Below, piece after piece: positions 1 to 10,500 of a stretch of 29,474 nt of DNA (the first letter of the stretch is position 1; each line of letters starts with the position of its first letter). The notes beneath the pieces are model-generated. The model saw only the letters and a list, made by a program, of their open reading frames with translations. It searched no databases and was not told the origin of the DNA. The DNA comes from Candidatus Bipolaricaulota bacterium. GTDB taxonomy: Bacteria > Bipolaricaulota > Bipolaricaulia > M55B111. Location: contig JAGXLQ010000001.1 in assembly GCA_018334595.1 (NCBI GenBank), positions 1 through 29,474 of the forward strand, written 5' to 3'. The position numbers and the translations under genes were made by a program.

Positions 1-1
1 T

Positions 2-400
2 ATTGACCAGAATGACCTGCGGATAGATACCTATCGTTCGAGCGGAGCAGGTGGACAGCACGTGAACGTGACCGACTCGGCGGTGCGGATTACCCACGAA
101 CCGACGGGAATTGTCGCCACCTGCCAGAACGAGAGGAGCCAGCACAAGAACAAGGAGACCGCGATGAAGGTACTTCGGTCCCGCCTCTACCAGTTAAAAC
201 TTGAGAAGAGGGCGGAAAAGCTGGACGAGATTCAGGGGGAGCTTAAGGAGATAGAATGGGGAAACCAGATTCGATCGTACGTCCTCCAACCCTATCAGAA
301 GATAAAGGACCACCGCACTGAGGTGGAGGTCGGCAACACAGACGCCGTTTTAGACGGCGACCTCGATCAATTTATTCACGAATATCTTAAAACCACCTAA
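2..400 (+). CDS. prfB: Peptide chain release factor 2, C-terminal part (5' truncated by window)
   Basis: The frame is open from base 2: [32 protein letters not shown] contains the GGQ motif. The RF2-type tail is [24 protein letters not shown]...[10 protein letters not shown]. Confidence 0.95.
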   Translation: MDQNDLRIDTYRSSGAGGQHVNVTDSAVRITHEPTGIVATCQNERSQHKNKETAMKVLRSRLYQLKLEKRAEKLDEIQGELKEIEWGNQIRSYVLQPYQKIKDHRTEVEVGNTDAVLDGDLDQFIHEYLKTT

Positions 401-726
401 GGGCCCGATGTCACTTACGTGTTGATTTTGAAGGGGCTAAGACAACTGGTCCAGACCGTTAGACGGGCAAATCCCCGTTTAAGATAAGAAGCCCGAGCCC
501 ATTGACGGTAAGGCCGCAAAGCTGTGATACGGCGTAGCCGTTCTGCCAATCCCCCAAATTAACGGTACCCTGCCGACCATTACACCGCCCCTAACACCAG
601 GGGTATCTTCATGGTAATAATCAACCCGAAGTCTCTAAAATGGCCGGCCAAAAAAATTTCAGATGGCGCCCCTCTTGACCGTGAACCGCGAAGAGATAAA
701 TCCTGTAACTAGAACCCCGGTTCAGC

Positions 727-759
727 AAAAGAAAAAGGGGCTGCCTGAACGACAGCCCC
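727..759 (-). terminator. Intrinsic terminator downstream of dppA
   Basis: On the minus strand, a GGGGCTG/CAGCCCC stem (737-743 with 753-759) is followed by TTTTTCTTTT, about 40 nt after the dppA stop. Confidence 0.85.
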
Positions 760-798
760 GTTGTCTTCTCGCTTGTGAATAAGCGGAGTTAACTTACG

Positions 799-2346
799 TT
801 ATTCCTTCCAGATCAGTGGAATGTGGATGTCCATGGTCTGGTCTACGTATGCGTTCATGACGTTATCCTGTGTGACTACGTATGCCTGTGCCATGTTGGA
901 CCAGAGTGGTACCCACATCACGTCTTCGGTGCTGAGAATCTGTAGCGACTCGTACAGCGCGGAACGTTTTTCGACGTCAGGAGTGGCCTTCGCCGTGTCC
1001 ATGATCTTCACGTACGCGTCGTAGTTCGGGTGATGATTGAAGAACGTACCGAGACCTTCTGGCGACTCAGTCGTCCACGGAGCGATGAAGTTGCTCGCCT
1101 CGAGGTAGTCCGGGTACCAGCCGAGGAAGAACATCCCAAAACCGCCCTGGGACATCTGCTCGGTGTAAGCACCCCACTCGAGGGACTTAACCTTTACGTC
1201 CATGTTCGACAGTGAGTTGAGACTGCCCTGCACGACCGCTGCGACGTCCGCTTCCGTCGTTCCGTAGTGCTTGGGCGAGAACCACAGGACCGCTTCAAGT
1301 GGGTTGTCCTCGGTGTAACCGGCGCTTTCCAGCAACGATTCTGCCTTGGCGAGGTCCTGTTTGGGGAACGTTGGTAAGGAGCCAGCCCAGCCTTCCGGCA
1401 CCATCGTGTAAATGGGTTTACCTACCCCGCTGAACACCTGCTCGACGATCTCGTTTCTGCTGACCGCATGACTTACCGCCTTACGTACCCTCTCGTCTCC
1501 AAACTGTTTGTGGGTAACGTTGAACAGCAGGTAACGTACGCTGGGACTCACGGCTGCGTGCTCTGTCTTCAGGTTCGGGTCCTCCTCCAGCTGAACGATG
1601 TCAATTGGGTTGAGCGTACGGAATGCTATGTCGATGTCTCCGGACTCGATGGCGCTCCTGAGCTGTGCAGACTGGGTGTACTTGAGTTCGACGACGTTCT
1701 TGGTCTTGGCGTTTTCGCCGTAGTAACCATCGTAGGCTTCATATACGACCGACTGGTCCGGTGTGAAGCTCTTGAGCTTGTAAGGACCAACTCCGGCGAA
1801 TTCGCCTTTGGCGAACTCGTCTGCAGGAGTGCTCTTCGGGCTCCAGATGAGAGCAGGTCCAATCTGCCCGGTCATCCGTTTTAGGAAAGTAGCATCGGGT
1901 GACTTGAGTGTTATCTTTACCGTATACTCGTCGAGTACCTCGATCGTGTCGATCATCTTGATCAGCCCGACCCCACCCTCGGGTCCGTCTAAGCGCAGCG
2001 CCCTTTCCAGGGACCACTTAACCGCTTCCGCGTTTGCCGGTTCTCCATCCGTGAACGTGGCGTCTTCGGCGAGGTGGAAGGTATAGACCTGCGCGTCGGG
2101 CCCCACTTCCCAGTCCTTTGCCAGCGAGGGGGCAACCTCATCGGTCTTCGGCTTAATCGTCAACAGGGCGTCAGTGCACATCCGTAGGACGTGCCAGGAG
2201 TAGTGGTCGTAAGAGTTAGCGGGTGACAATTGGGTTACACGATCCGTCGTCCCCATAACCAGGGTGTCCGTATCTTGTGCAAAACCTACTAAGGAGAGAC
2301 CAAATAGCAACAGTCCAGTCAATAATAGAACGCTTACTTTTTTCAT
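799..2346 (-). CDS. ABC transporter peptide/nickel-family (family 5) substrate-binding protein
   Basis: 515 aa. N-terminal signal peptide (MKKVSVLLL...GFA-QD); DppA/OppA-like segments PSLAKDWEV, YTFHLAEDATFTDGEP, GVGPYKL, DERVRKAVSHAVSR, GWYPDY. RBS GGAGGT lies 4 nt before the ATG. Confidence 0.92.
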   Translation of the reverse strand: MKKVSVLLLTGLLLFGLSLVGFAQDTDTLVMGTTDRVTQLSPANSYDHYSWHVLRMCTDALLTIKPKTDEVAPSLAKDWEVGPDAQVYTFHLAEDATFTDGEPANAEAVKWSLERALRLDGPEGGVGLIKMIDTIEVLDEYTVKITLKSPDATFLKRMTGQIGPALIWSPKSTPADEFAKGEFAGVGPYKLKSFTPDQSVVYEAYDGYYGENAKTKNVVELKYTQSAQLRSAIESGDIDIAFRTLNPIDIVQLEEDPNLKTEHAAVSPSVRYLLFNVTHKQFGDERVRKAVSHAVSRNEIVEQVFSGVGKPIYTMVPEGWAGSLPTFPKQDLAKAESLLESAGYTEDNPLEAVLWFSPKHYGTTEADVAAVVQGSLNSLSNMDVKVKSLEWGAYTEQMSQGGFGMFFLGWYPDYLEASNFIAPWTTESPEGLGTFFNHHPNYDAYVKIMDTAKATPDVEKRSALYESLQILSTEDVMWVPLWSNMAQAYVVTQDNVMNAYVDQTMDIHIPLIWKE

Positions 2347-2455
2347 TTTTACCTCCAGTTTTTAGGTAAATACTTGGTTACACTGCTTTAATAAAGGGCT
2401 TCTTGCGATTTATTCTCCGGGCTAAACCACCTCCCGTAATATTATGAACTCTAAT

Positions 2456-3328
2456 TTACGCTTTCTTTCTTTTCCTTTTTGGGTTGAGCAAGTCACTAAC
2501 ACCTTCCCCGACTAGACCGAAGCCAAGTGAGAGAATAATGATCATGATGCCTGGGAACGTAACCAACCACCAATAACCACTTTGGAGGAATTTTTGTCCG
2601 TTTTGAATGTCGAACCCCCAGTCCGGCGTCGGGGGCGGCAGGCCGTATCCCAGATAGGAAAGGGACGCCTCCGTTAGTATGGCGTCCGCGATGTTAAATG
2701 AGGAGATGGCCATAATTGCGTTGACGACGTTTGGCGCGATATGTTTGAACAATATTCTAAACCCACTCGCACCCATTGCGTTGACTGCCTCGACGAAGGT
2801 CTCTTCCCGAATTGTCAATACCTCGCTCCGTGTAACGCGGAAGTAGGTTGGGATGTAAACTATAGATATGGCAAATATCATCGTGTCCACTCCGGGCTCA
2901 AGAACGGCAACCAGCACTATAGCGAGGATGATGGAAGGAAATGAGTAAAGGGCGTCCATAGTTACCGATAGCACCCGGTCGACGAAGGAACCGATGTATC
3001 CCGAGATCAACCCCAGGATAGTTCCCACGCTCATGGAGAGGGCAATTGAGGCAAAGGCAACTATCAACGGTGCCCGGGCTCCGTTTAATACTCTTGAGAG
3101 TACGTCTCTTTGAAGCTGATCAGTTCCCATTGGGTGAGCTACCGATGGAGGGCTCAGCCTGGGTGCGCTTCTGTACGTGATCGGGTCGTATGGGGCAATG
3201 TAGGGGGCAAAAATTGAGACTATGATAAAGATCAATACCACAACCAGTCCGACAGCGAGTAACTTTTCCCGTTTTAGGATGGGAGACAGTTTTGTCAGGC
3301 CATCGAGTATCTTTTTGGTAAAAAGCAT
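2456..3328 (-). CDS. ABC peptide transporter permease, DppC/OppC type
   Basis: HPMGTDQLQRDVLSRVLNGAR, EAA loop (EETFVEAVNAMGASGFRILFKHIAPN), multiple hydrophobic helices. Confidence 0.93.
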   Translation of the reverse strand: MLFTKKILDGLTKLSPILKREKLLAVGLVVVLIFIIVSIFAPYIAPYDPITYRSAPRLSPPSVAHPMGTDQLQRDVLSRVLNGARAPLIVAFASIALSMSVGTILGLISGYIGSFVDRVLSVTMDALYSFPSIILAIVLVAVLEPGVDTMIFAISIVYIPTYFRVTRSEVLTIREETFVEAVNAMGASGFRILFKHIAPNVVNAIMAISSFNIADAILTEASLSYLGYGLPPPTPDWGFDIQNGQKFLQSGYWWLVTFPGIMIIILSLGFGLVGEGVSDLLNPKRKRKKA

Positions 3329-3335
3329 CTAGTAG

Positions 3336-4355
3336 TTAATACCTCACTCTTGGGTCAAGCTGTGCGTAAAGAACGTCAACGATCAAGTTTATGACCGAAA
3401 TGAAGATGGCGATAAATATGATCGACCCCTGAATCGCCGGGTAGTCACGGGCATCGACGCTCCTGATCAGGAACCTTGCGACTCCTGGCCATGAATAGAC
3501 GGTCTCGGTAAGGACGGCTCCGCCCATAAGGATGGCGAACTGTAGGCCAAGTACCGTTATGATTGGGATCATGGCGTTCCTTAAGGCGTGTTTGAACACA
3601 ACTATCCTTTCGGCCAAACCTTTCGCCCGGGCCGTCTTCACGTAGTCGAGGTCGATGATTTCCAGCATGTTCGCCCTGCTCATCCTCCCCAGCAACCCTG
3701 CTTGGATAATTCCCAGGGTGAGCGCTGGAAGCAGCAGGTGCCTTAGAGTTTCGATCAGTAGGTCGAATCGCCCCTTGATGATGGTATCGATCACGTATAG
3801 TTTGGTGATTGGAGTAAACATCGCCATCGATAGTGCCCCCAGCCTGTTACCTACCGGCAACCAACCCAGGTAGACGGCGAATACGATCTGAAACATCAAC
3901 CCCATCCAGAAGATCGGCACCGCGAAGGCGCCGATGTGAAAGATCCTTAGGCCGTGGTCAATAAGCGTGTCGCTCTTTACCGCCGCCCATACTCCCGTCC
4001 CTACACCCAAAAGGAGGGCGATAAACATCCCCCAAAAAGCAAGCTCCAGAGTAGCGGGAAACCGAGAGAATATTTCCTGGAGCACGGGTTTATCAGTCCG
4101 TAAGGAGTTCCCAAAATCCCCCTTGAATATGCCCGCCAGGTACTCGACGTACTGCTCATGAATGGGCTTGTCAAAGCCCAACTCCGCCCTTTTTCTTTCT
4201 ATGAGTTCCTTGCTGACGTTACGGCCACCAAGCATTGCCTGGACAGGATCTCCAGGGATAACTCGAAGTAGGATGAAGACCACCGTGATGAGGACGAATA
4301 ACATGGGGATTGTTGTTGCCAGTCTCTTGACAATATAGGCACCGAGATTATTCAT
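3336..4355 (-). CDS. ABC peptide transporter permease, DppB/OppB type
   Basis: IVKRLATTIPML, PGDPV, GDFGNSL, EAA loop (DYVKTARAKGLAERIVVFKHALRNA), DPRVRY terminus. Confidence 0.94.
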   Translation of the reverse strand: MNNLGAYIVKRLATTIPMLFVLITVVFILLRVIPGDPVQAMLGGRNVSKELIERKRAELGFDKPIHEQYVEYLAGIFKGDFGNSLRTDKPVLQEIFSRFPATLELAFWGMFIALLLGVGTGVWAAVKSDTLIDHGLRIFHIGAFAVPIFWMGLMFQIVFAVYLGWLPVGNRLGALSMAMFTPITKLYVIDTIIKGRFDLLIETLRHLLLPALTLGIIQAGLLGRMSRANMLEIIDLDYVKTARAKGLAERIVVFKHALRNAMIPIITVLGLQFAILMGGAVLTETVYSWPGVARFLIRSVDARDYPAIQGSIIFIAIFISVINLIVDVLYAQLDPRVRY

Positions 4356-4431
4356 CTCTCACTCCTCTAGGATATCATTTAACGAAACAGCCTTACACTT
4401 TGTCTCAATAGATTCTATATCGATATTATGA

Positions 4432-4460
4432 ATTATAGTTTGATCAGTAAATTATTTCAA
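4432..4460 (-). promoter_or_regulatory. Sigma70-type promoter for dppB-dppC(-dppA)
   Basis: Minus strand TTGAAA (4460-4455), 17 nt, TATAAT (4437-4432), about 75 nt upstream of the dppB ATG. Confidence 0.7.
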
Positions 4461-4471
4461 AATGAAAGGTC

Positions 4472-5707
4472 TTATGTTTCACGATGTAAACCATTTCTAA
4501 CAAGGTTTATCAATATCTTTTTAATAGATGCGAAGGGACTTCTTTCGTCTTTTTCATCGGGGGAGCCCTTCGCCGTAAACATATCAAAACATTTTAATAA
4601 GAGGCCAACCGCGTTTGCATATATGGGGTCTTGTATTATGTCCTGAAGTCCGAGTACCTTTGGAGAGGTCAGGCCCACTCGGAAGGTAAACGCGTATCTA
4701 TCCTCAAGAAAATCAACCAGACCGGGCATATTGGCGGTGCCTCCGACCAACCTGATTCCTACCTCGGTAAACTCCATGTATTCCGTACCCTCGATCTCCT
4801 CAAGCGCCATGTCAAAGGTTTCCTCGACCCTGGACGAGATAACTTTCTGCACCTCGGCCCGCTCTGCCTGTTTGCTTTCACCGGAGAAGTCCTCGTACTC
4901 GAAGTTTGTCTCCGCTGCCCTTTCTTCGACGAGTCCGACCGAACGTTTGATCTTCTCCGCGTCTTCAGTTTCCACGTTGAACCTAACCCTTAAGTCTCCG
5001 GTAATTTGAGTTCCCCCTACGGGTAGAGAACCCCAGTGGACCAGGTTTTCTCCTCGATAAACCGAGGTCTCGGTCGAATTGTATCCCAGGTCGATCACGA
5101 TCCTTCCCTCGTGAGGGCCGGAGGCCTGGCTAAAAAAACTGCCACGGGCCCATGTAATTGGGATTATCCCCCGGACGGTCAGGCCAGCTTTACTCGCCGA
5201 TGCTTTGACGTTCTCGACGATCCTTGAGGTGGCCGTGAACAACTCCACGGTAACGTCTAACCTGTTGCCGTACATCCCTACAGGATTGTTGACGCCATCC
5301 TGTCCGTCCAATGAGAAAACTCTTGGTCTTGCCGATATGATACGTTCCCCGTAGTTGGAATTTGCCCTGGCCAGATCGAGGGCACGGCTCACGTCCTTTT
5401 CGCTGATTGGACTTTCTGAATCTGGAATGGAGACAGTGGCATCACGGAGCTCAAGGTGAATGGACTCCCCACCGATCCCGAAGTAAAGAGAGGACAGAGA
5501 AGTTCCCGCCATTTCGTTGGCCCTCTCTACAGCGTCGCGTAACGCCCCGGAGGCCTCTTCAGGACTATCGGTGACGTTAGAGCTGGCACAATTGAGGGTC
5601 TTCTTGCCTACTCCGATTACCTTAATCGTCCCCGAGCCTTCACCTTCCCCGATAAGTACCTTAACCGAACTGGTTCCAAGATCGACTACTCCAACCCTTC
5701 GGGACAT
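4472..5707 (-). CDS. ftsA: Cell division protein FtsA (actin-like ATPase)
   Basis: VVDLGTSSVKVLIGE (phosphate 1), FSLDGQDGVNNPVGMYGNRL (1C domain), DLGYNST, VGGTQITGDL, EDAEKIK, GGTANMPG, and a C-terminal amphipathic helix FASIKKILINLV. Start moved to ATG 5707, which follows AAGGAG. Confidence 0.85.
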   Translation of the reverse strand: MSRRVGVVDLGTSSVKVLIGEGEGSGTIKVIGVGKKTLNCASSNVTDSPEEASGALRDAVERANEMAGTSLSSLYFGIGGESIHLELRDATVSIPDSESPISEKDVSRALDLARANSNYGERIISARPRVFSLDGQDGVNNPVGMYGNRLDVTVELFTATSRIVENVKASASKAGLTVRGIIPITWARGSFFSQASGPHEGRIVIDLGYNSTETSVYRGENLVHWGSLPVGGTQITGDLRVRFNVETEDAEKIKRSVGLVEERAAETNFEYEDFSGESKQAERAEVQKVISSRVEETFDMALEEIEGTEYMEFTEVGIRLVGGTANMPGLVDFLEDRYAFTFRVGLTSPKVLGLQDIIQDPIYANAVGLLLKCFDMFTAKGSPDEKDERSPFASIKKILINLVRNGLHRET

Positions 5708-5826
5708 GTCTCTCCTTGCAATTTCATTGAGATCGCCCTGGACGGATCCCCCCTTGACTCTGTACAACCGCCGGGTTGATCGATATTGCAATCGGGAAAC
5801 CCTCGACCTAGATTTTCTTATTCTTA

Positions 5827-5856
5827 TTGAAGCGGAGCGGCGGAGTCGATTATAAT
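5827..5856 (+). promoter_or_regulatory. Sigma70-type promoter for the eno operon
   Basis: TTGAAG (5827-5832), 18 nt, TATAAT (5851-5856). ATTATAAT (5849-5856) is palindromic, so it also gives a minus-strand TATAAT toward ftsA. Confidence 0.6.
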
Positions 5857-5931
5857 AAAACGTTCGTTTCTAGCGTAAGAAGTCTATGACATCGCTCAGG
5901 TCAAAACAAATTACAAAAAGGAATGATAAGT

Positions 5932-7188
5932 ATGTCACAAATTAGCGATATAGTCGGCCGCGAGATTCTCGATTCCCGTGGCAATCCGACCGTGGAAGCC
6001 GAAGTAATTTTGGATAATGGTGCTTGGGGTAGGGCCGCTGTGCCGTCAGGAGCCTCGACAGGGTCTCGAGAGGCGCTTGAGCTGCGCGACAACGATCCCG
6101 AGAGATATGGTGGCAAAGGGGTAAGAAAGGCAGTAGATAATATTAACGACGCAATCGCTCCCGCCTTGGACGGATACGATCCCCTATGGCAGGAAGAGAT
6201 AGACGAGAGGCTTATCGACCTTGACGGAACTGACGACAAGAGCAACCTGGGCGCCAACGCCATACTTGGAGTGTCCCTGGCTACGGCTCGTGCGGCAGCC
6301 AACGATCTCGGACTCCCGTTGTTTAAGTACATTGCCGGAGTAACACCGACGAGGCTTCCGATTCCTCTGATGAACGTGCTTAATGGTGGAGCTCACGCTG
6401 GCAACAACCTTGACTTACAGGAGTTTATGATCGTCCCCATCGGGGCCAGCTGTTTCGGGGGGGCTGCGCGGATGGCCTCCGAGGTATTCCACGAGTTGAA
6501 GAGTATACTCTCGGGGCGAGGGATGTCGACCGCCGTCGGCGACGAAGGTGGCTTCGCTCCCGACCTCGATACAGAGGAGGAGGCCCTGGAATTGCTGGTT
6601 AACGCTATGGAATCCGCGGGTTACAGACCCGGGGACGACCTCGCAATTGCCCTCGACCCCGCGGCGAGCGAATTCTACGAAGACGGCCTTTACTCCGTCG
6701 GCGGAGATCAGATGTCCTCCGACGATATGGTTGACATGTATGCCGACTGGGTCCAAAAGTTTCCGATAATCTCGATCGAGGACGGCCTGGACGAGGGCGA
6801 CTGGGATGGCTGGAAGGTTATGACGGACGAGCTGGGCGACAAGATTCAGATAGTTGGTGACGACCTCTTCGTGACAAACGTGGAGATCCTCAAAGAAGGT
6901 ATTGAGAAGAACGTAGCCAACTCGATTTTGATCAAGGTCAACCAGATAGGGACTTTAACCGAGACGATCTGGGCGGTAAGGACGGCGTTAAGGGCGGGCT
7001 ATTCCGCAGTTATATCTCACCGTTCTGGTGAAACCGAGGACACGTTTATCGCTGACCTAGCAACCGGCCTACCGTCTACGCAGCTAAAGTCCGGTTCTCT
7101 ATCCCGGAGCGATAGGATAAGCAAGTATAATCAACTTCTAAGGCTAGAAGAGGAATACGAGCTGAAGCTCGCCGAGTGGCCTAAGTAG
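5932..7188 (+). CDS. eno: Enolase (phosphopyruvate hydratase)
   Basis: [53 protein letters not shown] 5932 is 9 nt after AGGA, whereas ATG 5923 abuts it. Confidence 0.98.
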   Translation: MSQISDIVGREILDSRGNPTVEAEVILDNGAWGRAAVPSGASTGSREALELRDNDPERYGGKGVRKAVDNINDAIAPALDGYDPLWQEEIDERLIDLDGTDDKSNLGANAILGVSLATARAAANDLGLPLFKYIAGVTPTRLPIPLMNVLNGGAHAGNNLDLQEFMIVPIGASCFGGAARMASEVFHELKSILSGRGMSTAVGDEGGFAPDLDTEEEALELLVNAMESAGYRPGDDLAIALDPAASEFYEDGLYSVGGDQMSSDDMVDMYADWVQKFPIISIEDGLDEGDWDGWKVMTDELGDKIQIVGDDLFVTNVEILKEGIEKNVANSILIKVNQIGTLTETIWAVRTALRAGYSAVISHRSGETEDTFIADLATGLPSTQLKSGSLSRSDRISKYNQLLRLEEEYELKLAEWPK

Positions 7189-7259
7189 ACTTGGCCGCTA
7201 CCCGGCTCGCAACATGTAATGCCGTCCGGTGAAGAAAACGGTGTCTGGCGTGGAGAGAT

Positions 7260-7562
7260 ATGGGAGCTGAGTCAAAAAAAGATACCAAGGCCGGTCTGGC
7301 TTCGGGAAAGAAATTGGTTTCGACCCTTCTCATTGTTGCCGTTCTCATCCTGGGCCTTCTAGGCTGGATTTATTGGAATAGGTTTCAAGAGATCTTCGAT
7401 TTGCAAGCTGAGATCGAGCGACTCCGGGACGAAGGCGAAAGGTTACGAGGGAAGATATCGGAGCTCGAGGGAGAACTGAAGAAAAGGAACGACCTCGATT
7501 ACTTCGAGAAGCTGGCAAGGGAAGAGCTGGGATTGGTCTATCCCGAACAGGAAGAGAGTTAA
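7260..7562 (+). CDS. Septum formation initiator FtsB/DivIC family protein
   Basis: One TM helix, then a coiled coil ending in EKLAREELGLV, the FtsB/DivIC signature. It follows eno, the conserved eno-ftsB synteny. Confidence 0.85.
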   Translation: MGAESKKDTKAGLASGKKLVSTLLIVAVLILGLLGWIYWNRFQEIFDLQAEIERLRDEGERLRGKISELEGELKKRNDLDYFEKLAREELGLVYPEQEES

Positions 7563-7591
7563 CAGTCAGAAGATGCGTAAAAGGGGGATTC

Positions 7592-10500
7592 ATGGATTTT
7601 GTTCACCTGCATGTCCACTCCAACTATAGCCTGCTTGACTCCACGAACAAGATAGAAGAGCTACTGGAGAAGACGAAGGAGAAGGACATGTCTTCGATCG
7701 CTCTAACCGACCATGGAAACATAAGGGGAGTGATTAGGTTCTATGACAAGGCCAAGGAGATAGGGGTAAAGCCTATTCTTGGCAGCGAATTATACGTGGC
7801 TCCGGGCAGCCGTTTCACCAAGCAGGGCAAGGACCAGGGAGACGAAAAGTACTTCCACCTGGTCGTTCTCGCCAAGGATGCCGGGGGTTATCGCAACCTC
7901 GTTAAGCTATCCAGCAAGGCGTTTACAGAAGGTTTCTACTACAAACCGAGGGTTGACAATGAACTGCTGGAGGAGTACTCGGACGGGCTCATTGCCTTGA
8001 GCGCCTGCAAAAGCGGAGAGGTGCCGAAAAAACTGTTGAGGAATGATCGTCAGGGCGCACTGGAATCTGCCAGGAGGCTGTCCGCTATATTTGGTGAGGA
8101 CGACTTTTTCATAGAGCTGCAAGACCAGGGAGTCGAGGGACAGGAAGAGCTAAACGAGAAGTTGATTGACGTGGCGGAGGAGCTGGACCTGGGAATAGTG
8201 GCGACCAACGACGTTCATTACCCGGAAGCTGAGGACCGTCTGGCCCACGAGGTCCTGTTAAACATCAAGGCGAACAAGAAGATCACGGACGAGGACCGCA
8301 TGCGCTACGAGGGAGAGGAGTACTATTTAAAGTCCCCCGAAGAGATGTGGGAGCGGTTCTCTCACCTGCCGGAAGCGATCGAAAACACCGTTGAGATAGC
8401 TGACAGGTGTAACGTGGAGCTGGACTTCGGAGAGGAGTACCTCCTGCCCCCATTTGAGGTCCCGGAAGGATATGATGCCTCCGGTGAGTATCTACGGGAG
8501 CTGGTCGAGGAAGGTGCGAAGGACCGCTGGGGCGAGATAACGGACAAGATTCAGGACCGCATAGATCACGAGTTGAGCATTATCGGGGAGATGGGGTACC
8601 CAACCTATTTTCTCATCGTTCGGGATTTCATTAGGTTTGCCCGTGACAACGATATACCCGTCGGTCCCGGCCGTGGGTCGGCCGCTTCCAGCGTGGTGGC
8701 CTATACGCTCGGGATCACCGATATAGACCCTCTTGAACACGAACTCCTCTTTGAGAGATTTCTCAACCCGGGACGGGTTAGCATGCCCGATATCGACATC
8801 GACTTCTGCATGGAAGGGCGCGACCGGGTTATCAAGTACGTCGTGGACAAGTACGGCGAGGACCACGTGGCTCAGATAGCGACGTTTGACACCATGGCTG
8901 CCAGGTCGTCGATAAGGGACGTAGCGAGGGTTCTCGATATTCCCTACGATGATGCCGACCAAATAGCCAAGGCCATCCCACCCGGTACGTCACTTGACGA
9001 GGCGATGGAATCCGTGCCCGACTTCACGGAGAAATACAACGCGAACGAGACGTATCGGCAGCTCTTCGACATTGCCCGCAAGCTGGAGGGGCTTTTCCGC
9101 AACGCCTCGACGCACGCGGCTGGGGTAGTCATAGCCCCGGGAAAGCTGACCAATTACGCCCCGCTGCAGAGGTTGAGTGACGGGGAAATAGTCACGCAGT
9201 ACGACATGGAAGTCCTTGAGGACATCGGACTACTTAAGATGGACTTCCTCGGGTTGAGGAACCTTACGATTATTGACAAGGCGTTTAACCTGATCGAGAA
9301 GGCCGAGGGGGAGGAGTTGACGCTGGCCGACATCCCCGAAAACGACGAGAAGACGTTTGAACTGCTCAAACGGGGGGATACTATCGGCGTCTTTCAGCTC
9401 GAGAGCGAAGGAATGCAGGGCTTGATGAAGCGACTCGAGCCCGAGGAGTTTGAGGATATCATTGCTGCCAACGCCCTCTACCGGCCGGGTCCCCTGGAGA
9501 GTGGAATGACGGAGGATTACATTAAGAGGAAGCACGGCAACCAGGAAGTGACCTATCCCCACCCGGAGTTGCAGGGCGTTCTGGACGAGACCTACGGACT
9601 TCCAATCTATCAGGAGCAGATAATGCAGATGGCTCAGGAGCTCGCCGGGTTCTCGCTCCCCGAGGCAGATACCCTGAGGGTCGCGATGGGCAAGAAGAAG
9701 AAGAAAGTTATGGCTCAACTTAAGGAAAAATTTATTCAGGGTTGTATCGATAACGATATCTCCGAGGAAAAGGCCAAGAACCTCTTTGCGGACATAGATA
9801 AGTTCTCACGGTACGGCTTCAACAAGTCTCACTCTACGGCTTACGCGCGAATATCCTATTCCACGGCGTGGTTGAAGGCCAACCATTCCGCAGCATATAT
9901 GTCCAGCCTCCTGACGAGCGTGGGTGGTAACGAGGACAAGGTGGAGAAGTACATCAAGGATTGTGAGGACATGGGGATCAAGGTCCTCCCGCCTGACGTG
10001 AACGAAAGCTACCTCGAATTCAGCCCCACCCCGGATGGGAACATCCGCTTCGGGCTCGAAGCGGTAAAGTACGTCGGCAGCGAACCCGCTCGGGCTATTG
10101 TCGAGTCCCGCGGGGAGGGATACAGTTCGTTCCTTGGGTTGTGTCAGCGGGTCGGCGGTAGTTTGAACAAGGAAGCGTTAGAGAGCCTGATCCGCGTCGG
10201 CGCGTTTGACCGCTTTGGCACCAGGAAATACCTGCTATCGCAGATTCAAAAGGGACTGGAGATAGGGGGGATCTCAGCAAACCAGAAGAAGAGCGGCCAG
10301 AAATCCTTCTTTGACCAGGGTGTCTCCTTCAAGGAAGAGACCAAGGACAAGGAGCAAATGGAAGAATTTCCCCGGGCACAATGTCTCCGGATGGAAAAGG
10401 AGTACCTCGGAGTATATATTAGCGGGGATCCCCTGGAGGAGCACCGGACCGAACTTGAGTCCTTTTCTTGCTGTAACCTGGACGAACTGCCGACCAACTC

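Noticed and set aside
460-550. GGGCAAA and CGCAAAGC words resembling a c-di-GMP-I riboswitch
   Set aside because: Spacing is too long, there is no GNRA tetraloop/receptor pair, and no same-strand gene lies downstream.
700-725. AGAACCCCGG resembling the RNase P RNA 3' motif
   Set aside because: No GAGGAAAGUCC 5' motif upstream; GAGGAAAG at about 20414 is likewise not followed by UCC.
5070-5100. FtsA phosphate-2 motif DLGYNST instead of DIGGGTT, suggesting a dead ATPase
   Set aside because: Thermotoga maritima FtsA, which binds ATP, has NLGYNFT as I recall it, so this is a lineage variant rather than degeneration.
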